Shown: positions 1-13,226, counted from the first letter of the whole stretch. The stretch: DNA of 63,590 nt, filler included, from Octopus bimaculoides (GCF_001194135.2; 4 parts of 3 records of this genome joined end to end with filler, not necessarily neighbours in it); one strand, 5' to 3'. Program-made: numbers and translations. The notes: a model not told the origin generated them from the sequence alone.

Positions 1-344
1 GTTCATTGACTCCTAAATACTTATATGATTGGCTTTCGTCTAGTTCTCTTATTTCATTGGCTTTATCTAGTGTTATATTGCTACTTTTAACTAATTTTCC
101 TCTTTTCAGGGTTGCTTTGGCACATTTTTCTAATCCGAATTTCATTTCCGTGTTTCTAGCTCTTTGTCGTTTTTTGCATATAATTTTAGGTCATCCATAT
201 ATAGAAGGTGGCTGACTGTTTTTCCATAGCATTTGTAACCGCATCCAGTTCTATTTAGCAATTCTGTTAAAGGTGTGAGTGCCAGGCAGAACAGGATTGG
301 AGAGAGCGTGTCTCCCTGGAATATTCCTCTTCTAATGGGGATGG

Positions 345-345
<1 letters not shown>
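1..345 (-). mobile_element. R4/Dong-clade (RLE) non-LTR retrotransposon, 5'-truncated RT fragment running off the window start
   Basis: Manual minus-strand translation gives RRGIFQGDTLSPILFCLALTPL...SHLLYMDDLKLYAK...MKFGLEKCAKATLKRGK...SYKYLGV (RT motifs QGD/SP, YMDD, KYLG). The 5' junction abuts the (TAA)n array at ~346-380. Confidence 0.9.
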
Positions 346-380
<35 letters not shown>

Positions 381-770
381 GAGTGAGGGAGTAGCGTATG
401 CCACCAATGTAAAACATATAAGAAGCGCAATGATTACCCGTCTGATTCGAGTATACATGCATCACAACCATATATGCACGACATGGTGATCTCATATCAA
501 GATAAACAACACATGACCTTTCAGTTGGGGACCAGTTACATTTTTCTTCAGGTCGAGTTGCCCGTCTCACACAAAAGGCCTCTGAATAAGGGGTGCTTAA
601 AGATGACGAACGAAACACAGGTCTTCAGAGGTGAATTATTCAAGCCCAAAAGAGTACCTCTCAGTACATGGCTACCACTACACCCCCTCACCATCAGAGA
701 TGCACGTATTGTCAGCCACTATGAGAAATGCTCAACTGGTTAAGGTCAAGCAACTGACAAGCAAAGCCTA
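381..770. repeat. Interspersed repeat fragment (octopus-type family, class uncertain)
   Basis: Recognised from memory (CATGGTGATCTCATATCAAGATAAAC...GGTTAAGGTCAAGCAACTGACAAGCAAA) as a common octopus repeat; not verified by search. Confidence 0.5.
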
Positions 771-1179
771 TCTTTTACACTAAGATAGCACGTCCAATCA
801 GTTCCGATCAGAAGCCATTAGAGTCTCTACCTGATACTGCAACAGGACATTTTATTATCATTTCCTGAAGTAGTGTTGGGTGTCGTTTTTTTAAACCTGT
901 TAGCAGTTTATGTTAGAAAATCAACAGCCCTCCCCTCAAGGATGGTCGTTTNNNNNNNNNNNNNNNNNNNNNNNNNNNNNTTGGGGGGGGGGGGGAGTAG
1001 TAGTTATCACCCTGTGTATTTTTTTTATCTTCGTGATGACAGTGATATCATATTTTCGATCGATACATTCTTGTGAAAGACACTAGAATGATGAATGTGC
1101 TTGTCTTTGTAATTATCGGATCGATATTTCCTGGATACACATTAGCTAATCAATGTTTCTCAATGCTTTCATGATTAGG

Positions 1180-1333
1180 ATAACTTCTTCTTCTTCTGCT
1201 GGTCCGCCTCCTCCTCTTCCTCCTCCTCCTCCGCCTTGTTGTTGTTGTTGTTGTTGTTGTTCTTCTTCTTCTTCTTCTTCTTCTTCTTCTTCTTCTTCTT
1301 CTTCTTCTTCTTTTTCTTCTTCTTCTTCTTCTT

Positions 1334-1364
<31 letters not shown>

Positions 1365-1392
1365 TTATTATTATTATTATTATTATTATCAG
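1180..1392. repeat. Compound trinucleotide microsatellite (CTT/CCT/GTT/CTT/TTA)n
   Basis: Directly visible. Confidence 0.95.
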
Positions 1393-1489
1393 CTTTAATC
1401 TTACTGCTGTTGTTGATGTTGTTTTTGGTTCTTGTCCTCTTCTCTCAACAAATCATTGCGTTTGTGATTGCTAAGCAATGTTTTCAGCA

Positions 1490-1930
<441 letters not shown>

Positions 1931-2326
1931 CCTAATTATCTAAAACAGCGAAGATTTAGGAATATTTTACGTGCTCAACAACCCCTACTCCATCCCTTAA
2001 ATAGAATGAATAAAAAATTTCAATTTTTAAAACAAACAACATAGATATTCAATAATATCGATTTTTCAATCGGAAGTGGATAGTAAGTGGGTGGGTGGAG
2101 CATCCAACCAAATGCCTCACGTTATTTTGTGATAAAAGCTTTACATTCTCATCAATGCCAATCCCGTTGGGGTGGTCTTTGTTTTCTAATCTTTCAGCGA
2201 TTGATAACATAAAGTCCTTGGTGAAGTGCGAGACGCAGGCGTGGCTGTGTGGCACCTTGAGCGAGTTAGCGAGTTGATTAGTGACATACACATATCTGCA
2301 CGCACACACACACACATTCACACACT

Positions 2327-2375
<49 letters not shown>

Positions 2376-2875
2376 NNNNNNNNNNNNNNNNNNNNNNNNN
2401 NNNNNNNNNNNNNNNNNNNNNNNNNNNNNNNNNNNNNNNNNNNNNNNNNNNNNNNNNNNNNNNNNNNNNNNNNNNNNNNNNNNNNNNNNNNNNNNNNNNN
2501 NNNNNNNNNNNNNNNNNNNNNNNNNNNNNNNNNNNNNNNNNNNNNNNNNNNNNNNNNNNNNNNNNNNNNNNNNNNNNNNNNNNNNNNNNNNNNNNNNNNN
2601 NNNNNNNNNNNNNNNNNNNNNNNNNNNNNNNNNNNNNNNNNNNNNNNNNNNNNNNNNNNNNNNNNNNNNNNNNNGTATATGCATATATACGTACAAATAT
2701 GTGCATACCTACATCTACCTGCATATATAGGTGCATATCTGGGTACAGGACGTTGCAAACGAAACGTAGACAAAAAAAATAATAATAACCAGAGTACAGA
2801 AAACACACAGGCCACATAGAAAACATTTTCCTTCATCAGCTACCCCCATTCTAACACAAGCGTTTCGAAGAGTTA

Positions 2876-2942
<67 letters not shown>

Positions 2943-3009
2943 ATATATATATATATGTATATATACAGGTATGTCTGATAAGCGCTAACGCACAATATTT
3001 TCGGACCTT

Positions 3010-3845
3010 GAGTCACTTTGTTACTTCTGGTAAATATTACCACTTCTAGCAACGTCATTTACTGCATCTCCTGCTCTTTCAGTCCTTCTTTGTACATCGG
3101 TGAAACTGGACTCCACTTGGCTGACCGGTTCGCGGAGCACCTCCGAGATATTAGACGCGGCAGACACCCCGGTTTGTGTTCGGATTGTCTTTGCACAGAC
3201 TCCCGCTTCGCTGTGAACTGGAATTAATCTTCTGTCTTCGCTCCTTTGCACCAATGGGCTCAACTCCAATCCCCTCTTCGTTTGACACCTACTTTTTCTT
3301 TTGACTCCTATCTACCTTCTCTTTTCATTGATACCCTCCCTCCCACACATCCCACACCCACATACACCACCACTACCCTCACATCCTCACTCCAAACACA
3401 ATCCCCACCCTCACATCCCCACACCCCAACACCGTCACACCAAACCACACAACACCACACACCACCCCATACGACTCCGCGCACATACACGCCCACATCC
3501 ACACGTCAAAGTCACCAGCCGCTATCCACACGCACACACTTCCGCACTTTCACATATATACCGACGCGCGCGCGCCTTTGTTTTGGGATCACCAAAACTT
3601 TATTATCTCCCCTTCTTCCTAGCTGTCCTGTCTAACTACCGTTGTCCAGCCAGTCGCCATGATTGACCGCTAACTCCAAATGTTTTTTATTCACTCTGTT
3701 TATTTCCTCGTGTTCCTTTCTGTTGAAGAGCGTAGGCTCGAAACATAAAAGACTTTCTCAATTTCTCAAGCGTCAATCTAATACACCTGCTTGTTGTTTA
3801 TATACCTATCTTCGTCTTTTGTTTTTTCTGTAGATTTCAACTATA
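3010..3845 (+). mobile_element. Non-autonomous Penelope-like element (GIY-YIG fragment, low-complexity middle, PLE terminal region with hammerhead motif)
   Basis: ORF 3018-3227 has NVIYCISC...LYIGETG..LADRFAEHLRDIR (PLE GIY-YIG). The terminal region contains CTGTTGAAGAGCGTAGGCTCGAAAC. Confidence 0.85.
3720..3752 (+). ncRNA. Degenerate minimal type I hammerhead ribozyme motif
   Basis: CTGTTGA-A-GAGC-GTAG-GCTC-GAAAC-ATA with stem I CTTT/AAAG. The core has A6>T and the GTA cleavage triplet has decayed to ATA. Confidence 0.55.
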
Positions 3846-3849
3846 TATA

Positions 3850-4453
3850 ATGCGTGCTTATAGTTGGTACTCTTGGGGTCACCTGATCGAAGTTCGAGCC
3901 TGATCACGCCATTTTTGTTTCTGGCTTTACTGTGTAAGAATGGCCACTCCACTAGCTATGTGCAGCAAAGAAGAACAAAGAGCAGTGATCCGATTTCTGT
4001 AGTCGGAAGGTTTGTCAGGTGCTGAAATTCATCGGAGACTTTTAGCGCAATATTGGGACAGTGTATTACCGTATAGAAGTGTGTATGAATTATGATTTAA
4101 TTAACAAGTTAAAAGTGGTCGGGGAAGCCTGATGCATGAAGAGGGGGTAGAAGGCCCGTCAACTTCCACCACTGACGAGAAAATTCAGCAAGCTCGTGAG
4201 ATGGTAATGGTGAACCGGTTCACCATTACCATCTCTCAGATCACTGGGCTTTGTTCTTCTTTTGTGTACATCGCTAGTGGAGCGGCCATACTTATACTGT
4301 AAAGCCAGAAAGAAAAATGGCGCGATCAGGCTCAAGCTTCGATCACGTGACCATGATAGTACCAACTATAAGCACGCATGCGCGAAAGGCAGAGAGACAA
4401 TAATAACGATATCGTATGGCGAAAGTGCGGATAAATTTTGACTTCCCCTCCGA
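3850..4453 (+). mobile_element. Mariner-derived fold-back element (5' transposase fragment plus an inverted copy of the 5' end with TIR)
   Basis: ATG at 3940 gives MATPLAMCSKEEQRAVIRFL*SEGLSGAEIHRRLLAQY (mariner N-terminal HTH). 3850-3990 matches the reverse complement of 4239-4379. The right end reads CGGAGGGGAAGTCAAAATTTATCCGC on the minus strand (mariner-like TIR) next to TA repeats. Confidence 0.85.
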
Positions 4454-5425
4454 TATATGTGTGTGTGTGTGTGTGTATGTATATGCATATATGCATGTAT
4501 ATGCATATATGTATGTATGNNNNNNNNNNNNNNNNNNNNNNNNNNNNNNNNNNNNNNNNNNNNNNNNNNNNNNNNNNNNNNNNNNNNNNNNNNNNNNNNN
4601 NNNNNNNNNNNNNNNNNNNNNNNNNNNNNNNNNNNNNNNNNNNNNNNNNNNNNNNNNNNNNNNNNNNNNNNNNNNNNNNNNNTATATATATATATATATT
4701 ATATATATACCTATTTATATCTATCTATCTATCTATCTATCTATCTCTCTACCTATCTATATATATATAAATATATACATATATATATATATATATAAAC
4801 GTATGTATGTATATATGTATATGAGTGTGTGTGCTTGCGTGTGTTTGCGTTTGTGCCACTGCCACCGCTTGGCAATCAGTGCTGGTTTGTTTAGGTCTTG
4901 GTAACTTAACAGTTCGTCTAAGGAGACTGATTGAAAAGTAACAGACTTCAAAACCAAAAAGAAAAATAAGTCCTCTAGTCGATGTGATTGACGAAGCCCT
5001 TCAAGGCTCTGCTCCATCAAGACTGCAATCCAATAACTGAAACGAGTATTGTATAAAAGATAAAAGATTAAACTTTAAAGATGAAAGATGAAAGATAATA
5101 GATTATTGTCGTTGCTGTTTTAAGTCCAGGTGACTTCTAACACACAAAGACAATCGATCCATGCCCATCTCGTCATTTGTAATGAAAATTATTCCCCGTT
5201 ATTTAATCAATATGTTTCATTACTTTACAGAGAATGAAATTTAAGATTTGGTTGCTATTTTTAGAGGTGCACGGACTACATAGGGGCACACTCATTATTC
5301 CCTCCTCCAGCATAAACTGTTATTGTTTAATTTATGGTTGATTTTTTTAGTGTATTGCCGAAATTTGGATTGATGAAGCATGACCACCACCACAACAACA
5401 ATCAACACCAATCGTAACAAATAAG

Positions 5426-5586
5426 CGCTGGCGTTGCTGTGTGGTAAAATGTTTGCTTCTCCATCACATGGTTCCGGGTTCAGTCACACTGCGTGGCACC
5501 TTGGGTAGTGCCTTCTACTATAGCCTCGGGCTGACCAATGCTTTGTGAGTAGACTTATTAGAAACAAACCGAGAGTACCCCTCCGC

Positions 5587-5590
<4 letters not shown>
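5426..5590 (+). mobile_element. tRNA-derived SINE family A, head
   Basis: GCTGTGTGGTAAAATGTTTGCTTC...GGTTCCGGGTTCAGTC (A/B-box-like), followed by (TA)n; many copies in the window. Confidence 0.8.
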
Positions 5591-5632
<42 letters not shown>

Positions 5633-5954
5633 TAAAAGCAGCAGAAATATAACAAAAACCTGTTACTCGGTGTTTCACNNNNNNNNNNNNNNNNNNNNNN
5701 NNNNNNNNNNNNNNNNNNNNNNNNNNNNNNNNNNNNNNNNNNNNNNNNNNNNNNNNNNNNNNNNNNNNNNNNNNNNNNNNNNNNNNNNNNNNNNNNNNNN
5801 NNNNNNNNNNNNNNNNNNNNNNNNNNNNNNNNNNNNNNNNNNNNNNNNNNNNNNNNNNNNNNNNNNNNNNNNNNNNNNNNNNNNNNNNNNNNNNNNNNNN
5901 NNNNNNNNNNNNNNNNNNNNNNNNNNNNNNNNNNNNNNNNNNNNNNNNNNNNNN

Positions 5955-6014
<60 letters not shown>

Positions 6015-6264
6015 TGTGTGTGTGTGTTTCTCCCCTCACTGTTTGAAAAACCGGTGCTGGTTTGCATATGTCTCCATAACTTAGTCGTTCGGCAAAAGAG
6101 TCTTGCAGAATAAGAACCTCACTTTTAAAGAAATATTAGGTATTGGGTTCGATTCGCTCGACTAAACTTTTCAAGGTAGTACTCCAGCATGGCCACAGAT
6201 TGTAGCGTAAAAGATCAACGATAAAATAACACTGTAAGCACAACAATAAACAACAGCAACAACA

Positions 6265-6590
6265 ACTGGTACTCCGTCGGTTACGACGACAAGGATTCCA
6301 GTTGATCCGATCAACGGAACAACCTGCTCGTGAAATTAACGTGCAAGTGGCTGAGTACTCCACAGACACGTGTACCCTTAATGCAGTTCTCAGCGAAATT
6401 CAGCATGACACGGAATGTTACAAGGCTGGCCATTTGAAATTACAGGTGAAACTGATTTTTGCCAGCTGAGTGGACTGGAGCAACGTGAAATAAAGTGTCT
6501 TACTGAAGGACACAACACAACGTGCCGCCGGGAATCGAACTCACGATCTTTTGATCGTGAACCGGATACAGTAACCACTCGACCACACTC
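6265..6590 (-). mobile_element. tRNA-derived SINE family C
   Basis: Core GAGTACTCCACAGACACGTGTACCCTTAA and B-box GAGTTCGATTCC on the minus strand. Related copies at ~29990-30310, ~32775-32945, ~52905-53210 and ~57045-57385. Confidence 0.8.
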
Positions 6591-7599
6591 ATTTACTGCA
6601 ACGGCAAGAAGTATAAACACACCGCCACCAACAACAACGGTACTAACACCACCAGCACCACCGTCACCACAACAGCAACCACAACAACAACAGCAACATA
6701 TATAAACACAAAGATCACCACAATAACAGCTATAAACACACACAACAACACATATATAAGAACGATATAAAAACAACCACCACATCGACAACAACAGCAA
6801 ACACTGTCAGCAATAAACAAAAACGAAAACATTTATAAACGCAATTACAGCAAAAACATTATAAACATAAACACTGGTACAACAACAATTCTAAGCCCCC
6901 CCCCCACCTACCATCACCACAAGAGATATAAAGAGACAACCAGATTAAAACTAAATAAAACTACTGCAGCTAGAAGAAAAATAATCAAAGAAAACAAGAG
7001 CAAAAACTAAACAAAACACTACGGACGCAGCATCAACAAGAGCTGTACACATAAACACATATATACACAACAACAAGAAGGGCTAAGAACACTACACTCG
7101 TATTGAGCAAGGGCCGCAAAAAAAAAAGACATACAACAAGATGTATAAAGACTAAGACAAGACAGCTTCACAAATACAAGCACATACATACATACACACA
7201 TACATACATACATACATACATACACACATAAACAAAGAAATACAATCACACACATGCATACATTCATACATACACACATACATACACGCATTACAAGAAG
7301 GATGATCACGCACATATACACATTCACACACATAACAAGATGTGTTGACACTAACACAATAATAACGAACTCTCATCGCAATTAAGGTGTTGTCATTGCT
7401 GTGCTAACGAAATTATTTTGATAAGCTGTCAGCGGATTGACCCTGGACTATAAATTTAGTTAAATATACACCGAACATTTGTCTCAACAAGGTGTGGAGA
7501 CAATTAAATTCATAACACTACATTAATAATACATGTTTTTAGCGCTCACTATCTCGTTCATGTGAATTTATAATTTATATACGTATGTATGTACGTATG

Positions 7600-7645
<46 letters not shown>

Positions 7646-8050
7646 AGTGTGTGTGTATGTGTCTCTACACGCGTGCGTGTGTGTATGTGCCTTTTGTCTT
7701 GTACTTTTTTCTGTCATTGGACAACGCCATGCTGGGGCACCGACCTGAATAGTTCAGTTGAACAAATTGATACCAGTATTTATGATTCAAGTCTGATACA
7801 GGGACGTAAAGAAACCAACACCAGTTGTCAAGTGGTAGCGGACAAACGAACGAACGCACACACACACACACAATAATAATAATAATCATCATCCATGGAT
7901 AGAATTTATAAATATTTTAATGCATCGCTACGTGCGTTTCCATAATTCACATGTTTCTTAAGATTCCTGCAATGATTACAGTATAGTCCATATTCTTGGG
8001 ATGATACAGTACAGTCCGTATATTAATAAATTCCATCCATTGGATTATTA

Positions 8051-8141
<91 letters not shown>

Positions 8142-9586
8142 TATTCCGATATTATAATTACCATATTTATCCTACATTATATCGGCGCAGCTCGGTGCAA
8201 CCCCCAAAATCTGTAATTGCTAGTTGGCATCATCAGGCCGCAGCTGGCATGACAAAATAGAAGCTTTTATATGCGTACTCAAAAACGTTCCCACAGTTCA
8301 CTTAGAAGTATTTCGACGAATTCTAGAGTTCACTAAAAGTACATTGACACATCTGTAATTGAGGATTACATCATACGAATCAGAACACGCGTTTCTCTTA
8401 CATAAGCAACTTTGGGTATAACTATGTTTTTCATTTGAAATCCGGCGAGCAAAACAATTATTTGAGAATAAAGGACACTTCTTCGTGATCCTAACAGTTA
8501 TATTGGCCAGATACGTACAACACTTTTCCAGTGACTCATCGTGCATATAAACAAGGAGCAACTGCAACACACGGCTGCACACGCCATACCGTAATAAACA
8601 ATACTTCAGCTCTATATGAAATTCCCTAAAAAATAGACGATTAATCATGGAAGCAATACTCATGTCACAATACAATGCTAAAGTGACTGCACATCCCAAA
8701 CAGCACAAATGCGTGACTGGTGACGTGCAACAGCTAAAATATCTACATCATGGTGTGGAAGATTAGCGTTTAAATTTTGGCTGTGAAATCTGCATATATA
8801 ATAGTCACCTACCATAATAAACGAAGGCCGGGCAGAAGCCAACGCGACGTCATATCCTGAAAATGCGGCTGCGATAGCCTGGAAACGCTTGTCATAAATT
8901 TTTGAAGTTCTAAAACGTTTTCAAGCATCTTAAATAGAGATTCAAAGAATCCTAATAACATCGAACTCCTGGAGAAGGACTCACCGATAGTTCATGCCAT
9001 CGCAGAACAAACGGGCCTCACCTGCAATCTGGAGTGTGAAATAATTTTGTTCATACGTGACGCTCTTCTAATCTTGACAACAAAGCTCACACTAGCAGGA
9101 CGTGTAGCTTCTCATAAAATTATGAGAGGAATATGATGTAGTTTGAAGGATTATGCTTTGATATCCAAGTGCAAGCATTAGATAAGAAGTATGCACCGAG
9201 GAAAAGAGACAGTGAAGCGCTTAAACATGAAAAAACGAGTGCTAAAATATCGATTATGTCATAGTCCTGTGGAAAATATTACACCGTTTTCTCTAAAATG
9301 TCGTTTAGCTACTATCTTTTAATGTGGCACAAAGTTGTTACTTAAACAATATAAAATATACAACGTGATTAGAATGTAAAGACTGCCCAAAGATAACTAT
9401 AGAAAATATATGCCTGCTGTTAAATACACATACACACGCACGCATGCGCAGGCACACCCAAACACCCACATCTACCCACATACATACACACACGCACTCA
9501 CACATGTATACCCACAAACACTTATATACATGCACATATATATATATATGCATGTTTTCATGTATGTATATGTATATGTTTGGAAG

Positions 9587-9626
<40 letters not shown>

Positions 9627-11010
9627 NNNNNNNNNNNNNNNNNNNNNNNNNNNNNNNNNNNNNNNNNNNNNNNNNNNNNNNNNNNNNNNNNNNNNNNNNN
9701 NNNNNNNNNNNNNNNNNNNNNNNNNNNNNNNNNNNNNNNNNNNNNNNNNNNNNNNNNNNNNNNNNNNNNNNNNNNNNNNNNNNNNNNNNNNNNNNNNNNN
9801 NNNNNNNNNNNNNNNNNNNNNNNNNNNNNNNNNNNNNNNNNNNNNNNNNNNNNNNNNNNNNNNNNNNNNNNNNNNNNNNNNNNNNNNNNNNNNNNNNNNN
9901 NNNNNNNNNNNNNNNNNNNNNNNNNNNNNNNNNNNNNNNNNNNNNNNNNNNNNNNNNNNNNNNNNNNNNNNNNNNNNNNNNNNNNNNNNNNNNNNNNNNN
10001 NNNNNNNNNNNNNNNNNNNNNNNNNNNNNNNNNNNNNNNNNNNNNNNNNNNNNNNNNNNNNNNNNNNNNNNNNNNNNNNNNNNNNNNNNNNNNNNNNNNN
10101 NNNNNNNNNNNNNNNNNNNNNNNNNNNNNNNNNNNNNNNNNNNNNNNNNNNNNNNNNNNNNNNNNNNNNNNNNNNNNNNNNNNNNNNNNNNNNNNNNNNN
10201 NNNNNNNNNNNNNNNNNNNNNNNNNNNNNNNNNNNNNNNNNNNNNNNNNNNNNNNNNNNNNNNNNNNNNNNNNNNNNNNNNNNNNNNNNNNNNNNNNNNN
10301 NNNNNNNNNNNNNNNNNNNNNNNNNNNNNNNNNNNNNNNNNNNNNNNNNNNNNNNNNNNNNNNNNNNNNNNNNNNNNNNNNNNNNNNNNNNNNNNNNNNN
10401 NNNNNNNNNNNNNNNNNNNNNNNNNNNNNNNNNNNNNNNNNNNNNNNNNNNNNNNNNNNNNNNNNNNTATATTAACAAGAATAGTGTTGACAGAAATTTC
10501 GAAATTTCGTCCTACTTATCCTGCGTTCGAGGCTGGAACTCGAAGTCATTCTCAACATTATTCCTGTTAAGGAATAAGCATGCGTTCTACAAAAATATTC
10601 AGTAATCTTTCAGTATAATGTAAAATTCGTTTTATTATTGGTCGGCCTAAAAACAAACAGAATACGTACATGTATATATGTGTATACACACACACACACA
10701 CACGCACACACAAACACACACATACACACACACATACACGCTCGCTCACGCACGCACACACATAACACATGCATGCATCCACACATACGCAAACATATAC
10801 GGATCAACCCTTACTACACGTGTATAAAAAAACTGAACAAGGAAAACGCTTACACACAGAATATGGAAAATCTTCATTCAAAAAGGTCCGTGTTGTCATC
10901 TTTCTGTAAGAATATTTCAAAATTTTCAGGAAAAACATTTCTTCTAATATAAATATATGTATAAGTGTGTATATATACATGCACACACACATCTATATAT
11001 ATACATGCAC

Positions 11011-11047
<37 letters not shown>

Positions 11048-11285
11048 NNNNNNNNNNNNNNNNNNNNNNNNNNNNNNNNNNNNNNNNNNNNNNNNNNNNN
11101 NNNNNNNNNNNNNNNNNNNNNNNNNNNNNNNNNNNNNNNNNNNNNNNNNNNNNNNNNNNNNNNNNNNNNNNNNNNNNNNNNNNNNNNNNNNNNNNNNNNN
11201 NNNNNNNNNNNNNNNNNNNNNNNNNNNNNNNNNNNNNNNNNNNNNNNNNNNNNNNNNNNNNNNNNNNNNNNNNNNNNNNNNNNNN

Positions 11286-11325
<40 letters not shown>

Positions 11326-11356
11326 AAAACAAACGTCATCCAGCTATTCTGATTAT

Positions 11357-11566
11357 ATGTCTGTGCACACGTTTGAATGTGGTGTATGCCAGAGGGTTTG
11401 CAAATCCAATGGGGGTCTTAAAAGACATGTTAGGATCCACAATGAGCAGAACTTACTTGCAGGTATTGGTAGTGCAAATCAGAGGTGCAATCTGTGTGGA
11501 TGTTTTTTCAAAACACTGTCTGGTTTAAAAAGCCACATCAGACGCCATGAAAGGGCAAAGGTGTAG
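11357..11566 (+). pseudogene. Two C2H2 zinc fingers; probably the C-terminus of a 5'-truncated LINE ORF2, otherwise a ZNF exon
   Basis: CGVC-x12-HVRIH and CNLC-x12-HIRRH, with no TGEKP linker. The stop is followed by a ~45-bp tail and (TATG/TA)n; the upstream flank is (TA)n and a gap. Confidence 0.55.
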
Positions 11567-11764
11567 GTGCAGGAGGTGGTCAAACTCTGTTTAAGGAGTA
11601 GACAACCACCATGTATGTATATATATATCATGAAATGGCACAAGTTGTTGGCTTTTGAATGTATTTGAATGTTGTAATTTATATACTCACCCGATGACAA
11701 AGTTTTTCTGATAATGATATAATGTTTCCATTAATCAATTAAAAATTCGTTGGCTATATCAGTA

Positions 11765-12185
11765 GAGAAGGCGGCGAGCAGGCAGAGTCTTTAGCACGCT
11801 GGACGAAATGCCTAGCGGTACTCCGCCCATCGCTACGTACTGATCCAAGGTTGACTTTGCCTTTCATCCTTTTGCCATCGATAAATTAAGTACCACTTGA
11901 GTACTGGGGTCGATATAATCCACTAGTCCCCTCACCCCAAATCCTCTGGCCTTGTGCCTATAATAGAAATGATATATCTTTAGTGGATTGACACGTTATT
12001 CATCTCCAGCAAAATTCTTAGCAGCATTTCGTCCGTCTTTTCGTTTTGTGTTCTAATTCCACCGAGTTCGACTTTGCCTTTCATCCTTTCGGGGTTGATG
12101 AAATAAGTAACTGTTGAGCATCGGGAGCGATATTATGAACTTAGTCCCTCACCTGAAATGGCTGGCCTTGTGCTAAAATTTTAAA
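11765..12185 (+). mobile_element. Two tandem SINE family B copies
   Basis: AAGGCGGCGAGCAGGCAGAG...TTGACTTTGCCTTTCATCCT...GATAAATTAAGTACC. Related copies at ~34760, ~44870, ~45240(-), ~45560, ~51295 and ~57965(-). Confidence 0.8.
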
Positions 12186-12296
12186 TCAATATTAAGTACA
12201 CTTAGTATTTGTGCTTGAGTGTGCGTATATATAATTATATATATATATAATTAAACGCACAAGCACACACATACACGCACACACACACACACACAC

Positions 12297-12388
<92 letters not shown>

Positions 12389-13188
12389 AATAATTTTAAA
12401 TATGGCCGTTTAAAGCTCCTTTGAAGGCCGTTCACTGTATTCGGCTACCTGATGTCATCGATAATATGGATACAAGCACCACTGGATTTAGTTCAGGAAT
12501 TCCTCCGGGGCCGTTTAGTATACAACATATGACAGAAGGGAAAACGGAATTCGTGAAATATTTTATTAATCATTACGATCGTTTCGACTGAACATACATC
12601 GGTCTCTCGTGAGTGAAATTCTGTACAACTAGTTGTGGTGTATCATTCAGTGCAGATGTGCCTCGTCAGGCGACTTTTTAAAAGGTACCTCGCTCTTTAA
12701 TCTCTGTTTCACGTATTTCAATTAGAATACATTTTGTTATTTGCCTGCAGATTATGGCGTACGGATAAGCTTCAGATTCGGAATATATATTATTTGAACC
12801 AGTTTGAGTCGACTCCATGCAACTAAAATTTTCGTAGGCTTCTTCCAGAAACCTAGCTCGTCAGGCTCAGTTGAAACCTATGTAGCAAATATATTAATAA
12901 GGCAAATACAATTATTTCTATCTAGACTGAAAGTGTCATGAATAACCATAATCTAATTTTGGACATTACTGGGTTCTCGTCAGATATGTCTACATCAATT
13001 TGACGAATCCCATACAAACAAGTAGCCAATCTATTTATGTACTCAATAAATCCATTAGCTGCAAAGAACTGGAGCAACTTGTTTGCTTACCATAAGTGTT
13101 TCACGCTTTATCTAATATCAGCCATCTCTCAACGGGGATCTCAGACCACACGTTTTCAAGATATGATATAATATATGTAGACTACGTA

Positions 13189-13226
<38 letters not shown>

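Noticed and set aside
2790-2875. CTGATGAAGG and GAAAC motifs on the minus strand as another hammerhead
   Set aside because: The order and spacing do not give a consistent three-stem fold; probably a PLE terminal fragment, but not supportable as a ribozyme.
8298-8708. 136-aa Cys-rich minus-strand ORF
   Set aside because: No recognisable domain or codon pattern; at most it overlaps weak exon candidates.
13085-13165. Minus-strand donor ATG|GTAAGC as an exon end
   Set aside because: The sequence resembles a repeat terminus (GTGAAACAC, shared with ~5660-5678) rather than unique exon sequence.
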